From assembly GCF_000315625.1 (NCBI RefSeq), contig NW_005434590.1, positions 1 to 34,370 of the forward strand: a stretch of DNA of 34,370 nucleotides, read 5' to 3'. Below, one piece after another: positions 22,601-34,370 of the stretch. Numbering within the stretch: position 1 is the first letter of the stretch; each line of letters opens with the position of its first letter. Source of the stretch: Guillardia theta CCMP2712 (taxonomy: Eukaryota > Protista > Cryptophyta). The translations under genes and the position numbers were made by a program. The notes under the pieces are model-generated. The model saw nothing but the letters and a program-made list of their open reading frames with translations. It ran no database searches and was not told the DNA's origin.

Positions 22601-23102
22601 AGGAGTTCGGGCGAATTTAATTTTTAAAACATAAAAAATCAAAAATACAACAATTAACCAGCTATGTACCATGACCCCTCTTTTGAGGTGTTATTCCTAC
22701 TGATCGCTTTACAAAGATTTAAGATGGTCAAAAAGGTCGCAGCCCCAGTAGACTTGTACCTGCAATAATCCATATTTATAATATTAGTAGTATCGGATAT
22801 ATATAAAGATCTTTTTAGCTCCTTGTACGTCGATACAACCAGCAAGAATGGTACCGACATAGTACGGGGCCCTCGTAGATATGCTAGCTGGTGCGGCTCG
22901 GCCCTGCACGACTGCCCGTTGATGACGTCACGTTTTCCTCCCTGCAGTACCTGGTTTACCTTTTAAAATACTAGTAAATTTATATAACTACTTATAAAAG
23001 GCCCTCGGTCACTTTCCTTGACGGACCAATATCTGTACGGATGAGGGATGTACATAATTAAAACCTGGTACAAGGTTTAAATTTTATTATTAAACCAGAA
23101 TC

Positions 23103-26100
23103 ATGGTGAGCTCGCTGCGTTTCGAGCTCTTCCAGCTATTTCAGTTTGTGGATTTCATGCAAGATTCGAAGCTGGAGAAAAACGAGCAAGGTGAGGAGAG
23201 AAGAGCGATGAGGGAGAGACGGCTATGGCATGAGGGGGAGCACGACGAGGTTGTAGCAAGAGCTGTTTCTGAGATGCTCGAGACATGAGGAGGAGCGGCT
23301 GCATGAGGAGAGAGGAGCAGAGGTGGGCGAGAGGTTGAAGCTGAATGCCCTGCAGGTGAAACAGACGCAGTTGACTCTGCGTCTCTCCGAAAGCTGGAGG
23401 ATGATGTGATCGGTGCTGCCTCCTTTCACACCTCCCATGTCTTGCTCCTCCCCTCTCCCTCCTTGTTCGTCACGTCTGGCTCGCGTCCTCTTGCCCCTGT
23501 CTCGACGCACCCTGACAGTCGGGTCAGTCTTTGTCAAGATGGTCTCTGTCGTGGGGCGAACGGATCGAATAGTCAAGGAGGTGTCAAGCGTTGCCGTCGC
23601 TGCTGTAGCCGCTGACGACGTCAACAGTGGAACGAGGAGGAATTCCGAAGGGCAATGGCCTGGTCGAAGAGACTGGAGGTTGGAGCAGAGGGGGCGCAGG
23701 CAGCCGCAGGAAGATGTTTGAAGAAAGATGATGATGATGATGATGATGATGAGGAGGAGGAGGAGGAGGAGGAGGAGGAGGACAGTGGATTTGAAATCGG
23801 GAAGGGGGGCGGAGGAGGGAGAGGGAGCAGTTCTGACTATAAAGAAGGAACGAGCAAGAATGGTTCTCTGCTCGATGAGGGAGAAGGTGGGCGAAATGCT
23901 CGCTGCCTGGTCCCTCTTGCATGCTGATGCCCAGCCGTCGGTCAGGTCGAGGAAGGCATCACGAGGCGAATGGAGGCAGAGGGTCTGAGCGTGAGGAGGA
24001 GGAGGCGGCGGATCCTCCCGCTGGTTGCTGGAGAGGGAGGAGAAGGAGCCCGTTGGGTGCTGGTAATGAAGATCATAGTCATCGGGTTGCTCACCGATGT
24101 GAAGTTGGATGCGATCGTGAAGAACGTGCAGTTCGATTGGAAGCAAAGATGGCGCGGTGAGGAGGGGGAGGGGATGGAGGAGGCGCAAGGGATGAACACG
24201 GGAGGAGAGGAGGAGGGAGAAGGTATTTACAGTCTTTTAGATTCTCGGACTCCTCTCGGCCGGTTTGAGAGCAGCATCTTCACGACCTCCCTCTATGAAC
24301 TGGCGCAGATGGAAGCTGAGGTGAGGAGGAGGAGGAGGAGGAGGAGGAGGAGGAGGAGCCTGAACTGCTGCTCATGTCAACAAGTCCATGGAAGGAGGAT
24401 GGGAAGCTCTGATCGAAGAGAAGGTGCATGCACTGCAGAGGGACTGGAGCTGAGCTCGTCCTGTCGTAGGCCTCACAGCATCTGCTCCTTGCTCTCCGCC
24501 AACAGGTCTCCCCCTCCCTCTCCTCACCTCCTCGACCCCTCGCCGTAGCTTTGTCTTCCTCCCCCCGCTCTTCTTCCTTCCTCCCTCCTCCTCTTCCGCG
24601 TGCTCGCATCATGTCAGGCAACAGGCGCAAGTGGATCTCCTGCTCGCATGCTGCAGCGCCCTCCACCAGGCCAAACTGCAGTTGCGCGATCCGAGCTCGA
24701 GCTTCCTACTGCACTCCTCCACCATCAAGTGTCGAGCGCTCGGCAAACTGGTGAGGAAAAGAAGGAGGAGTAGAGGCAAAAAGTTCTCCTCCCTCCTCCT
24801 CCTCCTCCTCCTCCTCCTCCTCCTCCTCCTCCTCCTCCTCCTGCCTCCTCCTCCTGCGTGCGTTGCAAGATACTGATAGGAGAGAAGTTGCGGCGCAGAC
24901 TGTGTGAGAGGGAGAGGACGAGAGAGGAGTCGGAGAAGCTCGTGGAGGCGATGGAAGCGAAGATGGCATCGTTCATCAGCCAGCAGGTGATTTCTCCTCT
25001 TCTTCTCCTTGCTAAGACTTCGCAGCATGATCCTCCTGGCCTGTTGGACGTGCTGCTCTGGTGTCTGCTCCTCCCCTCGCTTGGTCTCTTTCTAGATCTC
25101 TTCGTCCCTTTGATCTCCTCACCTCTCTTACTTCCTCTCGCCTTCACCCCTTCGCATTCCCTTCATCCTAACATTCTCCCTCCTTTGCCCTCTTCCCTCT
25201 TCTCCTTTCCTCCTTCTCTTCTTCTCCCTCCTTTGCCCTCTTCCCTCTTCTCCTTTCCTCCTTCTCTTCTTCTCTCTCTTCCCTGCCCTCACCATCTCTG
25301 GATCAGATACTTCACAGCCTTGGCCCTCACTCCCCCAGTGGCTCAGCGACAGGCTGTGGGGACTGACATGCGAGGCTTCGCTGAGGTGAGAAGAGCCACT
25401 AGGTCCGCTGCCTCGTGCGGGTGCAGAGGAGAAGGAGGGGAGAAAGAAGACGGTGGGGGAACGAGGACGAGGACTGACAAGTGCACAGGAGCATGAGGCT
25501 GAGGACGCATCCTTGGCTGATCAGCCGGGCGGCGGCTGCTCATCCACCGCTGTGTTCGGTCAGTGATTGAAAGAGAGGCATGGAGAGTGAGGAGAGGGAG
25601 TGGAAGAGAGAGAGAACGACGTAGTGCAGCAAGGAGGGGAGAAGGGGAGGAGGAGGAGGAGGAGGAGGAGGAGGAGGAGTGACTGAGGAGAGCAGGAGCT
25701 AGTCGAGACTGCACAGAGGGGACTGCACAAGGCAAGCTGAGCTTCAGACTTCTCCTGCTCAAGTCCAGCAGGGCCTCCAACATGTACTCAGCGAACCAGG
25801 AGGGATGACGGATGGACCCCAGCACAAGGTAAGAGGATCCTGCATCACTGATGCGCTATCCTTCCTCTTCTCCCCGTCCCCACCTCCTCTCACTCTCACC
25901 CTCTTCCTCTCCTGCTCTCTCTCATCACAGATTCTCTCCGACAGGCGTGGGTCAGCCTCAACGCCGTCGCGGAGCTAGTGGCTCATCTTCTCCTCGCTGC
26001 TCCTGCGGTGACTACGAGCGAGCAAGAAGACGCGCTGACGTCCCTCGCAGACAAGAAGCGCCACAAGCGAGATGCTCTCTGCCCTCCTCCCCGCGGTGTT

Positions 26101-26389
26101 TGGCTCTCCTGCCTCGCTCAGCTTCTCACTCTCCTCTCCCTCAGCTGCCTCATCCCCTCGCCTGCGTCGTCTCAAAGGCGAGCACTGCTGCTGCTCCTCC
26201 TCCTCCTTCTGCTTCTGCTGCTGCTGCGTCGCAACTGAGGCTCACGCAGGCCATCGCGTGTGCGTTGGTCAGGATGCAACAGGTGAAGATGGGATTGGGA
26301 GGAGGAGGATGACGAGGAGGCAGACGAATCAGGAAGTTCTCTCGCTTGTTGATGGCATTGCTGGGATGGTCGACATGAATGAGGGCTGA
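23103..26389 (+). CDS. Hypothetical multi-exon protein (possibly more than one gene)
   Basis: ATG at 23103 (MVSSLRFELFQLFQFVDF...) followed by a donor. Coding-like segments (WVLVMKIIVIGLLTDVKLDAIVKNVQFDW; VDLLLACCSALHQAKLQL; EKLVEAMEAKMASFISQQ; AWVSLNAVAELVAHLLL; QEVLSLVDGIAGMVDMNEG*) are separated by (GGA)n/(CCT)n introns. The exon chain was not fully resolved. Confidence 0.4.
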
Positions 26390-26613
26390 TAGTGACATCT
26401 TCATCCCTTCCCTTTCTCCAACGTTGCCCTTTCCTGGTCTGTAATTGCCTGTCCTGCTGTTCTCGCATTCTTCCCTCACTGTCTTCTCTCACTGTCTTCC
26501 CTCACTGTCTTCCCCTCTCGTGCTCTCCCTCACATGTCGCTACTTGGCTTCTCATCACAGCTTCACTTCAAGTCTCGCTCGTTTCTCTTTCTGTTCATTA
26601 CCAGTAAATGTAA

Positions 26614-27591
26614 TTAGATGCCGTGAGGGCGCCAGACAGCGCGGGGGCCTGCAGCGAGATGAGACGAGAAACTGAAGAGACCAGAAGGAGGAGACGAGAA
26701 ACACGGAGGGAGCAGGAAGGAGACGAGAAACAAGGAGGGAGGCCAGCAGGAAGGAGGCAAGCAGGAAGGAGGTTAGCTAGTGCACTCACGGAGATCTCCA
26801 TCGTAGTCATCGCCAATGGTGTCCTCAGAGTTGTAGTTGCTGTTCACGCCAAAGAGACCAGACTGCGACTGATGTCACTTGACTCCTCATCCCACCCCTC
26901 CCTCACATCATCGTATCCTCCAAACGCTCCATCGAAAGAGTTGCCGGTAGAGGGCCAGTTGGTGTAGAGCATCTGCAACAACATGAGGAGACAACAACCA
27001 CCAACGAGCAGACAGGCAGCTTCGCTCACTAACAACACATCGACACGTCGAATGAAATTATAAACCGTTCATGCATAAACATGTTCCAACTTGTTTTTAT
27101 CTCTCAATACTTCCCTCATCCTTCACTCTCCTTATCAGACCTCGTCTTTTCTCGTACCAATCCTTCTATCTTCTCATGCTGACCCCTTGAATGCTCGATG
27201 ACGTATCCCCTCAACCAATGTCTTCCTCTCCTTCTCCTTCTCTCCTATACTTTCTCAATCTTTACTCCGGGGTGACAGCGCCCTGCGTAAACAAGTCCAC
27301 CCGACCATCATACGTTTCTTTAGAAGAAGCTACTCTGTATGCTTCTCTTCTTCCTCCTACTGCACAGCCTCCTATCTGGCCTTCTTGTTTTCCATCATCT
27401 CATCATTATGACATTCACCACCGTCACAATCATTACATACAATTTCAACTCTATCATCTTCGTCGTATTCATTCTCGTGTCAATAATCATCATCATCATC
27501 ATCATCACCATCACAATCTTCATCATCTTCATCATCATCATCTCCATCCTCCTCCTCTTACCTGCTTGGGGGCGAATTTGATCAGCAGCAT
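26614..27591 (-). CDS. 67-aa Asp/Gly/Asn/aromatic-rich microprotein (four exons)
   Basis: Exons 27591-27562, 26972-26907, 26862-26790 and 26648-26614, all GT-AG with consistent phase: MLLIKFAPKQ|MLYTNWPSTGNSFDGAFGGYDD|SGLFGVNSNYNSEDTIGDDYDGDL|RPRAVWRPHGI*. Confidence 0.7.
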
Positions 27592-27609
27592 CTTTTCGTG
27601 AAGGGGCAG

Positions 27610-27965
27610 CAGACCCACCCCCACTATAATGAAATAATACTACCCACCCTGCTCAGATCTTCCAAATGAATTATGAAATAACCCCACCCCATAGTCGCAT
27701 TGATTTAATAATGACCACCCCAACCCTTGACTTTTTCACCACCCGGCTCCTTGACCGTTGTATGTTCGTTACTGTCTAGGCCCCCTCAGCCCCGGCCCGG
27801 GCGCCGCGGCTGGCACAGTAAGTATATTGATATCCGGCGAGTGAGTGACACGGGCCCGGCCGCCGGGCTCATCGCCCGGCCGGGGGGTCGCCGGCGGCCC
27901 GTCAGTGTCGGTGCCGCATTCAGCTGCGCGGCGGGGGCCGGGCAGGCTGTGACACAGTACTTGAA
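27610..27965. promoter_or_regulatory. Short ACCC-rich + GC-rich bipartite block upstream of the microprotein gene
   Basis: accc-rich 27610-27745, then cccggcccgggcgccgcgg-type GC island 27780-27950. Confidence 0.35.
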
Positions 27966-28045
27966 GAAGCTTGACGGCAGTTGGGAACTTGGGAACGCGC
28001 GGGGTGAAAACAAGTGACGTGATCAGTTTGAGTTTATCAAGACGG

Positions 28046-28708
28046 TCAGATGGTCTTGGTGACTATGAGAATGACAAGCGCCCCGACAAGCACAAGAACC
28101 TGAAGCCTCGTGAGCGAGAGGAGGGAGGGAGTGGAAAGGTTCACCGTGATGAGGCAGAAGAGCGTTCTTCGGGCTCGCTTCTGGTTGGCTTGCGCCTTCT
28201 TCAGCTCCCTGCTGACAGTCAGCTGGGGCATGTTCATGAGCTGAGAAACTCACTCAGACGCGCTCTCAGCATGGGCTGCCGTGTTGACGATGCCGGACTC
28301 GATGTCGTCAAGCATGTGACCTTGATCGCTGCGGACAGTGAGAGGAGAGGAGGAAAGACAAGTCAGAAAGGGAAGCAGGTGGAGGAAGAGCGAGAGAAGA
28401 AGGAGAGCGAGAGAAGAAGGGGAGCGAGAGAAGAAGGGGAGCAGGAGGGGAAGGGGAGCGAGAGAAGAAGGGGAGCAGGAGGGGAAGGGGAGCGAGAGAA
28501 GAAGGGGAGCAGGAGGGGAAGGGGAGCAGACAGTACCTAACAAGAATCGCAAGGTCGCGAAAGATTTCATTGACATCGTTGACGTTCTTCTCGATGTCTT
28601 TGATCCCCTGCCACCTCTTCAGCCCCCACCCCACCCCACCCCACTCCAACCACCACCACCACCACCACCACCACCACCACCTCCTCCTCCTCCTCCTCCT
28701 CCTCCTCC

Positions 28709-28741
<33 letters not shown>

Positions 28742-30245
28742 CCTGCTGCCGCTCGAAGATAAGCGCCTCCGTAAACTGAAGTTCTTGATCGTCCTGAAGA
28801 GAGGAAGAGAAAAGATCGAGTCAGGCTCCTACCCCAGTACAGCCAACCCGCTATATGGCAAACAGACAGCTGGACGAGGAGAAAGGGAGGAAGAGAGAGG
28901 GAGAGAGGGCGGGAGCGACGAGGAGGCAACAGGATTCGGGCAGTGGAGCTTCACCTGCATGAACTGAAGAGATCGTTCGGTTTGCCGCTCCAACAGCCCC
29001 TCGCGCTCCTCGTCCTCCTGCTGTGAGGTCAGAGCAGCCAAGCACAAGAGGAGGAAGAGCAGAGAAGAGAAGAGGGCGGGGAGCAGCTTCTGTGTCCTCG
29101 TGCTTACTTCGTCTGCTTCCCTCGCTTGCTTTGCCCTCGCCACGCTCTCTCGCTCCTTCTGGAGGGTCGTGCGAACCACCTGAAGTACGGCTAAGCAAGA
29201 GGAGGAGGAAAGAAGGAGGGGGAGCGAGGGCAGGGGAGGAGAGAGGAGGAGGATACGGGGAGAGGTTGCAGGCGTCACCTCTTGAAATCTCTGAAGGGCT
29301 TTCTGAAAATCATCTGAAAGTTTCCGAGACTGAAAAAAGAAATGAGGGGAGAAAGAGAGGAAGCGACGAGCTACAAGGACTGAGACAGACATCACGGGGA
29401 TCAGGAGAAACTGCAGCAGGAGAGCGAGGGAGCGAGGAGGGAGGGAGCGAGCAAGTAAAGCAGATCTCCTTCTCACTTCTATTTTGTGTCGTTGCGATCC
29501 TGACCCGCTGCCCTGGTAACTTCCGTTTGCTATTTGGGTCAAATCCTTTATGATCCCCTGAGGTTGCGACAAGGGGAAAAGTGAGACGAGGAAGGAGAAA
29601 CAAGGAAACAAGGAGAGGGAAAGAGAGACAAGGAAACAAGGAGAGGAAAGAGAGACAAGGAAAGGAGGAGAGGAAGGAGGACGTGCGGATGAAGGGTAAG
29701 AGGAAGGGAAGGAAAGGCGGGTAAGAGGGAGAGAGGGAGAGAGAGCAGCAGCCTCATCGTACCTTTGTGTCTTGTGAGAGAAGTTTGGTCTCTTCAATCA
29801 CCTTGTGAAGCTTCTCCCGCAGGTCATGCTGTCAGCCTTGTAAGAGCATGTCGCCTCCTCCTTCTCATCTTGCCGTGTCTTTCCCCGTCCCGATTGCTGA
29901 CGACAGTCGCTGAACCGAGTTGATGTTGCTCAGCAGCTGCTGGATGTTCCCTCTTGCCAGGTTTGCCTGCATCAAGCTGGTACTCTCGTCCTCCTCCTGC
30001 TTCTTCCCTCCCCTCCCCTCCCCTCCCCCCCCCCCCCCTCCTCCTCCTCTCCATGCTCCTCCTCTCTTGATCGTCGTTCTCCTCTAATTGCCGGACCTGA
30101 GAGGTGAACTCGTTGTTCGCCATGCTCTCGTCCAACTTGCCGCCGCCTCTGCTCCTGCCATCACGTCCCCTCAGCTCTTCTGCAGTCGCCTCATCCTCAC
30201 TCGCCTCTGCCCGAGGCCATCCCGGTGCACGTCTCCGAACGACAT
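28046..30245 (-). CDS. Syntaxin, Qa-SNARE of the syntaxin-7/12/PEP12/SYP2 (endosomal/vacuolar) type
   Basis: Start MSFGDVHRDG (30245). Habc region: IQQLLSNINSVQRLSSAIGTGKDT|HDLREKLHKVIEETK...RKLSDDFQKALQRFQE|VVRTTLQKERES. SNARE motif: ALIFERQQ|GIKDIEKNVNDVNEIFRDLAIL|VSDQGHMLDDIESGIVNTAAHAESA...ELKKAQANQKRAR. C-terminal TM LVLVGALVILIVTKTI* ends at 28046. Confidence 0.93.
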
Positions 30246-30705
30246 CTCCTCTTGCCTGCTCTCCCGTCAGGACCCCAGCAGGGCCTGTGCTGTTTCCCTC
30301 ACCTCTGCTGCTCCTGTTTGTTCGCGCTCCTCCTGGGTCTTCCTTCTCTCTTCAGGTCCTCTTGTTTCGCCTTCCTGCTAACACAGTGAGCGCAGTAATG
30401 AAGCCATCTGCTCGGTCTCCTTCCCTCCGCCCCCTCCTTCCGCTTCCACTTCATCCCCTAGTCTATTTTCATAGCTCGTGTTGCATCTCTCTACAGGTGT
30501 GTTGTCCTCATCTCAACTTCCTGTCCTTGTCCTTGCCTAGTCTCACCTTCTTTCGTTCGGACCATCAGGTCGCATGCTCTCATGTCTCGCACCTACTTAC
30601 AGATACTCCCTCCTCCTCCTCCTCCTCTCTTTGTCAGACCAGGAATGATTCGGCAGACAAGTGAAAACTGCTGCTGCTACTGATCATGCTGCTGCTCCGC
30701 TGCTG

Positions 30706-30960
30706 CTACACACTTGCTACTTCTCCGCTTCCAACCATATCTCTTCTTCTGAGTGGGTTGAGTGATTGGAGCAGGTCGGATACTTCCTCCCTCCTCCATT
30801 CATCTTGTAACCTCGCTCCTCGTCTTGTCCGGGTTATCGCACTTGTTCTCAATGCATTGATACACTTCCTGTCTTCATTTGCAAGCTCGTTATGATCCAA
30901 CCAATCTTTCATGTTGATAACATCGGGTATCTCAAATTCACTTGCTTCAACACTTCTCAT
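30706..30960 (-). CDS. Probable exon of an unresolved hypothetical gene
   Basis: Non-repetitive coding-like frame (EIPDVINMKDWLDHNELANEDRKCINALR...). Flanking exons were not resolved. Confidence 0.25.
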   Translation of the reverse strand: MRSVEASEFEIPDVINMKDWLDHNELANEDRKCINALRTSAITRTRRGARLQDEWRREEVSDLLQSLNPLRRRDMVGSGEVASV

Positions 30961-31342
30961 TGTGATGTATCATTTGTGATGTATCATGAAAACCATGATA
31001 CGTCGGATCAATGCGTTAGCTTCCAACTAGCTATCTTTTCGTCTTCTTTCTTCTTCTCTTTCTCGTTTCACAATCCTTGTTCTTCGTTTGATTCTTCATG
31101 TGTCTCCTCCTCCTCGTCGTCGTCGTCGTCGTCCTCGTCCTCCTCCTCCTCCTCCTCCTCCAGCCATCTTCATAGTACCTGCTGTGACTCATCGCAAGAA
31201 AGAAGGGGATGAGCGGGGATGAGGACTATCAACCGCCAAATAACGGTAGCAGAGTGACTGAAATAATCGACATAACCGAAAGTAACGGCTTTCAAGGGAT
31301 TTGAAGGTTTGACAAAGACACGCATGGCCGATCGAGACACTC

Positions 31343-31530
31343 GAGAAGAGAAGAGAAGAGAAGAGAAGAGAAGAGAAGAGAAGAGAAGAGAAGTGAAGAG
31401 AAGAGAAGAGAAGAGAAGTGAAGAGAAGAGAAGAGAAGAGAAGAGAGGAGAAGAGAAGAGAAGAGAAGAGAAGTGAAGAGAAGAGAAGAGAAGAGAAGAG
31501 AAGAGAAGAGAAGTGAAGAGAAGAGAAGAG
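31343..31530. repeat. (AAGAG)n pentanucleotide microsatellite with AAGTG variants
   Basis: Directly visible. Confidence 0.95.
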
Positions 31531-31824
31531 GAGCAGGACCGGATGGAACAGGCAGAGGAGAGAAGAATGTCATCTTGCCTGGGACAACAAAGAACCGAGG
31601 AAAACGGTAACATATGAAACGAGGAAGAGCCTGAGGCAGCATCAAGGAGCAGAACGATGAGAGGTATCCAGCAGTTGCGAGTGAAGGAAGATCAGGCGAA
31701 AGAAGGAGACGACAGAAGGCTTCCTCTGGAATGTTCTTCGATGCTGATCAAGAGAGGAGGAGGATATGATCTTTTGAGTTAATCTCATGCTTCACCTGAG
31801 ATCGGGTTTGACTTGCTCTACAGC

Positions 31825-32985
31825 ATGCGAGCTTCATTACAGCCAATCTTCAAGGATAATCAGAGACCAGACGTGAATGTTGCACCTCCCTCCAACCCCC
31901 AACCCCCCCCCCGCCCCCTCCCTCCCTCCCTCCCTCCCTCCTCCCTCCCTCCCTCTCTTCCCCGGCCCCCTCCCTCCCTCCCTCCCTCCATCTGATTCTT
32001 CTCTCAGGGTGGCACTGTAGACTTCGAAGATCAAAGTCAAGAGGAAGAGCAGCAGGACGGGAGCATCAGGCGAGGCCTATCGAGCGATCACAATCAGACA
32101 CCACCACCTTCTACTCCTCATCTTCTCCCTCTCCATCTCCCTCTCCCTCATCTCCCACCAACCCTAAACCCTAAACTCTCCTCTCCTCCTCCTCTCTGAT
32201 CCTTTTCTCTTCAGCACTGGCGTCGGCATCATCTTCCACGACTTCTCCGACGCTCTCGTTGTCAGAGCTCTTGTGCCAGGATGCGCAGCCGCTGTGAGTC
32301 CTCCTCCCTCCCCTCGAAGCTCTCTCCTTCCCTCCCTCCTTCTCGTCGCCTTCCCTCTCACCCGCATGCATGGCAGCAAAGTGGAGTCATTCTGCCTGGG
32401 GACGAGCTCGTCATGATCGATGGCGTCAGTCCACCCAAGGAAGAGCAGCTGACGGTGACTCCCTCCCTCTTCCCCTCTCCCTTCCCCCTCCTCCTTCTCC
32501 TCGCCTTCGTCCTCATTTTCGTCGCTCCCTCTCTTCTCTCCTCCTCTTCTCCCTACCTCGGCTGCTTCTTTTCTCTTACTTCTCCTTCAGGGCCCCGAGG
32601 GCTCCTACGTCGTTCTCACCTTCTTACGGACATCCGGGGAGGAGGAGAGGAGCGAGCCAAGAGTCCTTCCCGCCATCCCGTTGGCTGCACAAGCGAAAAG
32701 CACTGAAGGTTTCACCTTCTCGCTCAATCTGATGCGGTAAGACCCCTTCCCTCCCCTTTCCTAGCATCGCTCTTAACTTCTCCTGTGGCAGGGGAGGAAT
32801 CGAGTTCATCGAACTTGCACGTGGGTCGTATGAGCTTCAAGTCCGATGCCAAGACCTGCAGGCCCTGGTGGGAGGGACGGAGGAGAGGAGGAGGAGAGAG
32901 TTACTCTGCTCCTCAGGTTCAAGATGCTGAGGCCGTCGCGGATGAGAACGTGCGACTGAAGGTCCTGATGTTGGTGGAGGAGTGA
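31825..32985 (+). CDS. PDZ-domain protein (multi-exon)
   Basis: Spliced: TGVGIIFHDFSDALVVRALVPGCAAA|QSGVILPGDELVMIDGVS...|GPEGSYVVLTFLR (32216-~32630), a canonical PDZ pattern. Start and end are approximate. Confidence 0.75.
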
Positions 32986-33062
32986 GAGGAGAGATGAAAA
33001 GAGAGTAGATGCATGTGGAGGAGCTCGAGCTCCTCCTAGCTCGGGCAGACCTCTGGTCGAGA

Positions 33063-34323
33063 TCAGAAGGGGAGGGGCAGGAGCGACCGGCTGGTCTCCT
33101 GACGCACGAGGAGGCGCGAGAGCTCTATGCTCCTCGGTACGTGATAGTCTGATGCCTGGCAGCTGCTTGACTCCTGTACTACAGGGACTGCCTCTCCTTC
33201 CTCTTCCCGGTGATGCTCCTCACACTCCCTTCCTCCTCCTTCCTCCTTTTCTTCACTCCTCTCCTCCCTATCCCTGCTCCTTACACTCCCTTCCTCCTCC
33301 TTCCTCCTTTTCTTCACTCCTCTCCTCCCTATCCCTGCCTGGTGCTAAACAAGATCGGCAGCTGCGTGAGAAACCGGAGAAGAAGGGAGTGGCAGGTGAC
33401 TTGAGAGGTCGAGGAGCTTGAGAGGTCGAGGAGCTTGAGAGGTCGAGGAGCTTGAGAGGTCGAGGAGTTTGAGAGGTCGAGGAGCTTGAGAGGTCGAGGA
33501 GCTTGAGAGGTCGAGGAGCTTGAGAGGTCGAGGAGCTTGAGAGGTCGAGGAGCTTGAGAGGTCGAGGAGCTTGAGAGGTCGAGGAGCTTGAGAGGTCGAG
33601 GAGCTTGAGAGGTCGAGGAGCTTGAGAGGTCGAGGAGCTTGAGAGGTCGAGGAGCTTGAGAGGTCGAGGAGCTTGAGAGGTCGAGGAGTTTGAGAGGTCG
33701 AGGAGCTTGAGAGGTCGAGGAGCTTGAGAGGTCGAGGAGCTGACATTGAGCAGAGGCGTTTTCTCCCCTGCACTTCCTCAGCATCTCTCCTCCGCCTCCT
33801 GCGGCAACGAATCCTGTCGGTCTTCCTGCTCCTCTTGCCCCCGACTCTCTCCCGTCCCTCCCGACCACGAAAGTCCCTCCAATCTTCCCAACTCCCTTCA
33901 AAATCACTACCTCCTCCTCCTCCTCCTCATCATCATCATCATCACCATCATCCGCCTTCCTCTTCCTCCTCCTCCTCCTCCTCCTCCTCCTCGCTGACCT
34001 GTCTATTCCTAGCCCTCTCAGGCCCCGTCAGGCGAGCAGAATGAGAGAATCGTAGTTCTTCAACGAGGAAATGGTGGGTCAGCAGAGACTGGGAGGAGGA
34101 GGAGGAGGAGGAGGAGGAGGAGGAGGGAGCTGACAGATTGGCAGCATCGGGTGTGGAGGGTCTGGGCGGCATTGGAATTCGATTTGAAAGACCAGCGTCG
34201 GTGGTGAGAAAGAGAAGGGGGAGGGAGGAGGAGAGGGTAAGACGTAAATGCTTCAGGCGTTCGGTCCCTTCATAATCTCTCACATCGCTCAAGGCAGCTC
34301 GGTAACGCCGAACCTCCTCCTGC
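33063..34323 (-). CDS. 3' exons of an unresolved hypothetical gene entering from the right edge
   Basis: Coding-like pieces (QEEVRRYRAALSDVRDYEGTERLKHL; HHFLVEELRFSHSARL; CHSLLLRFLTQLPILF) are separated by low-complexity, intron-like tracts. The exon chain is uncertain. Confidence 0.3.
33400..33739. repeat. 17-bp minisatellite (cttgagaggtcgaggag) x20
   Basis: 20 head-to-tail units with no spacers; two units begin with t instead of c. Confidence 0.97.
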
Positions 34324-34370
34324 CTCCGAGTCAGCTGAGACTTTCCTCCCCGCCCCCCCCCCCCCCCAGC

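Noticed and set aside
31170-31645. Leu/Phe/Ser-rich membrane-protein-like ORFs
   Set aside because: The hydrophobic part is the translated (CTCTT)n microsatellite.
33400-33739. Possible CRISPR array
   Set aside because: Units are contiguous with no unique spacers, only 17 bp long, with no cas genes and a eukaryotic context.

Overview
Intron-rich eukaryotic nuclear DNA. Introns are mostly 44-56 nt with a CTGAC-like branch site, some have GC-AG ends, and several are filled with microsatellites. This style resembles a cryptophyte alga such as Guillardia theta (inference, not verified). Most entries in the ORF track are antisense or low-complexity artefacts; the real genes only appear after splicing. 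From left to right: (1) a minus-strand 8-TM microbial rhodopsin fused to a histidine kinase (HKR), absent from the ORF track, cut off by the window start, and with an unusual retinal pocket; (2) a probably plastid-targeted SRPBCC/polyketide-cyclase protein; (3) a minus-strand chromatin protein with PWWP, HMG-box, PHD and RRM domains; (4) a protein made of about 8 tandem GAF domains with no visible output domain; (5-6) two orphan genes; (7) a 67-aa four-exon microprotein; (8) a syntaxin-7/12/PEP12-type Qa-SNARE; (9) a PDZ protein; and fragments of further genes. The larger intergenic gaps upstream of gene starts share a recurring architecture: a GGGGT/ACCCC-rich block next to a very GC-rich, palindrome-dense block. 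A 17-bp x20 minisatellite lies near the end. No rRNA, tRNA, CRISPR or transposase could be supported.
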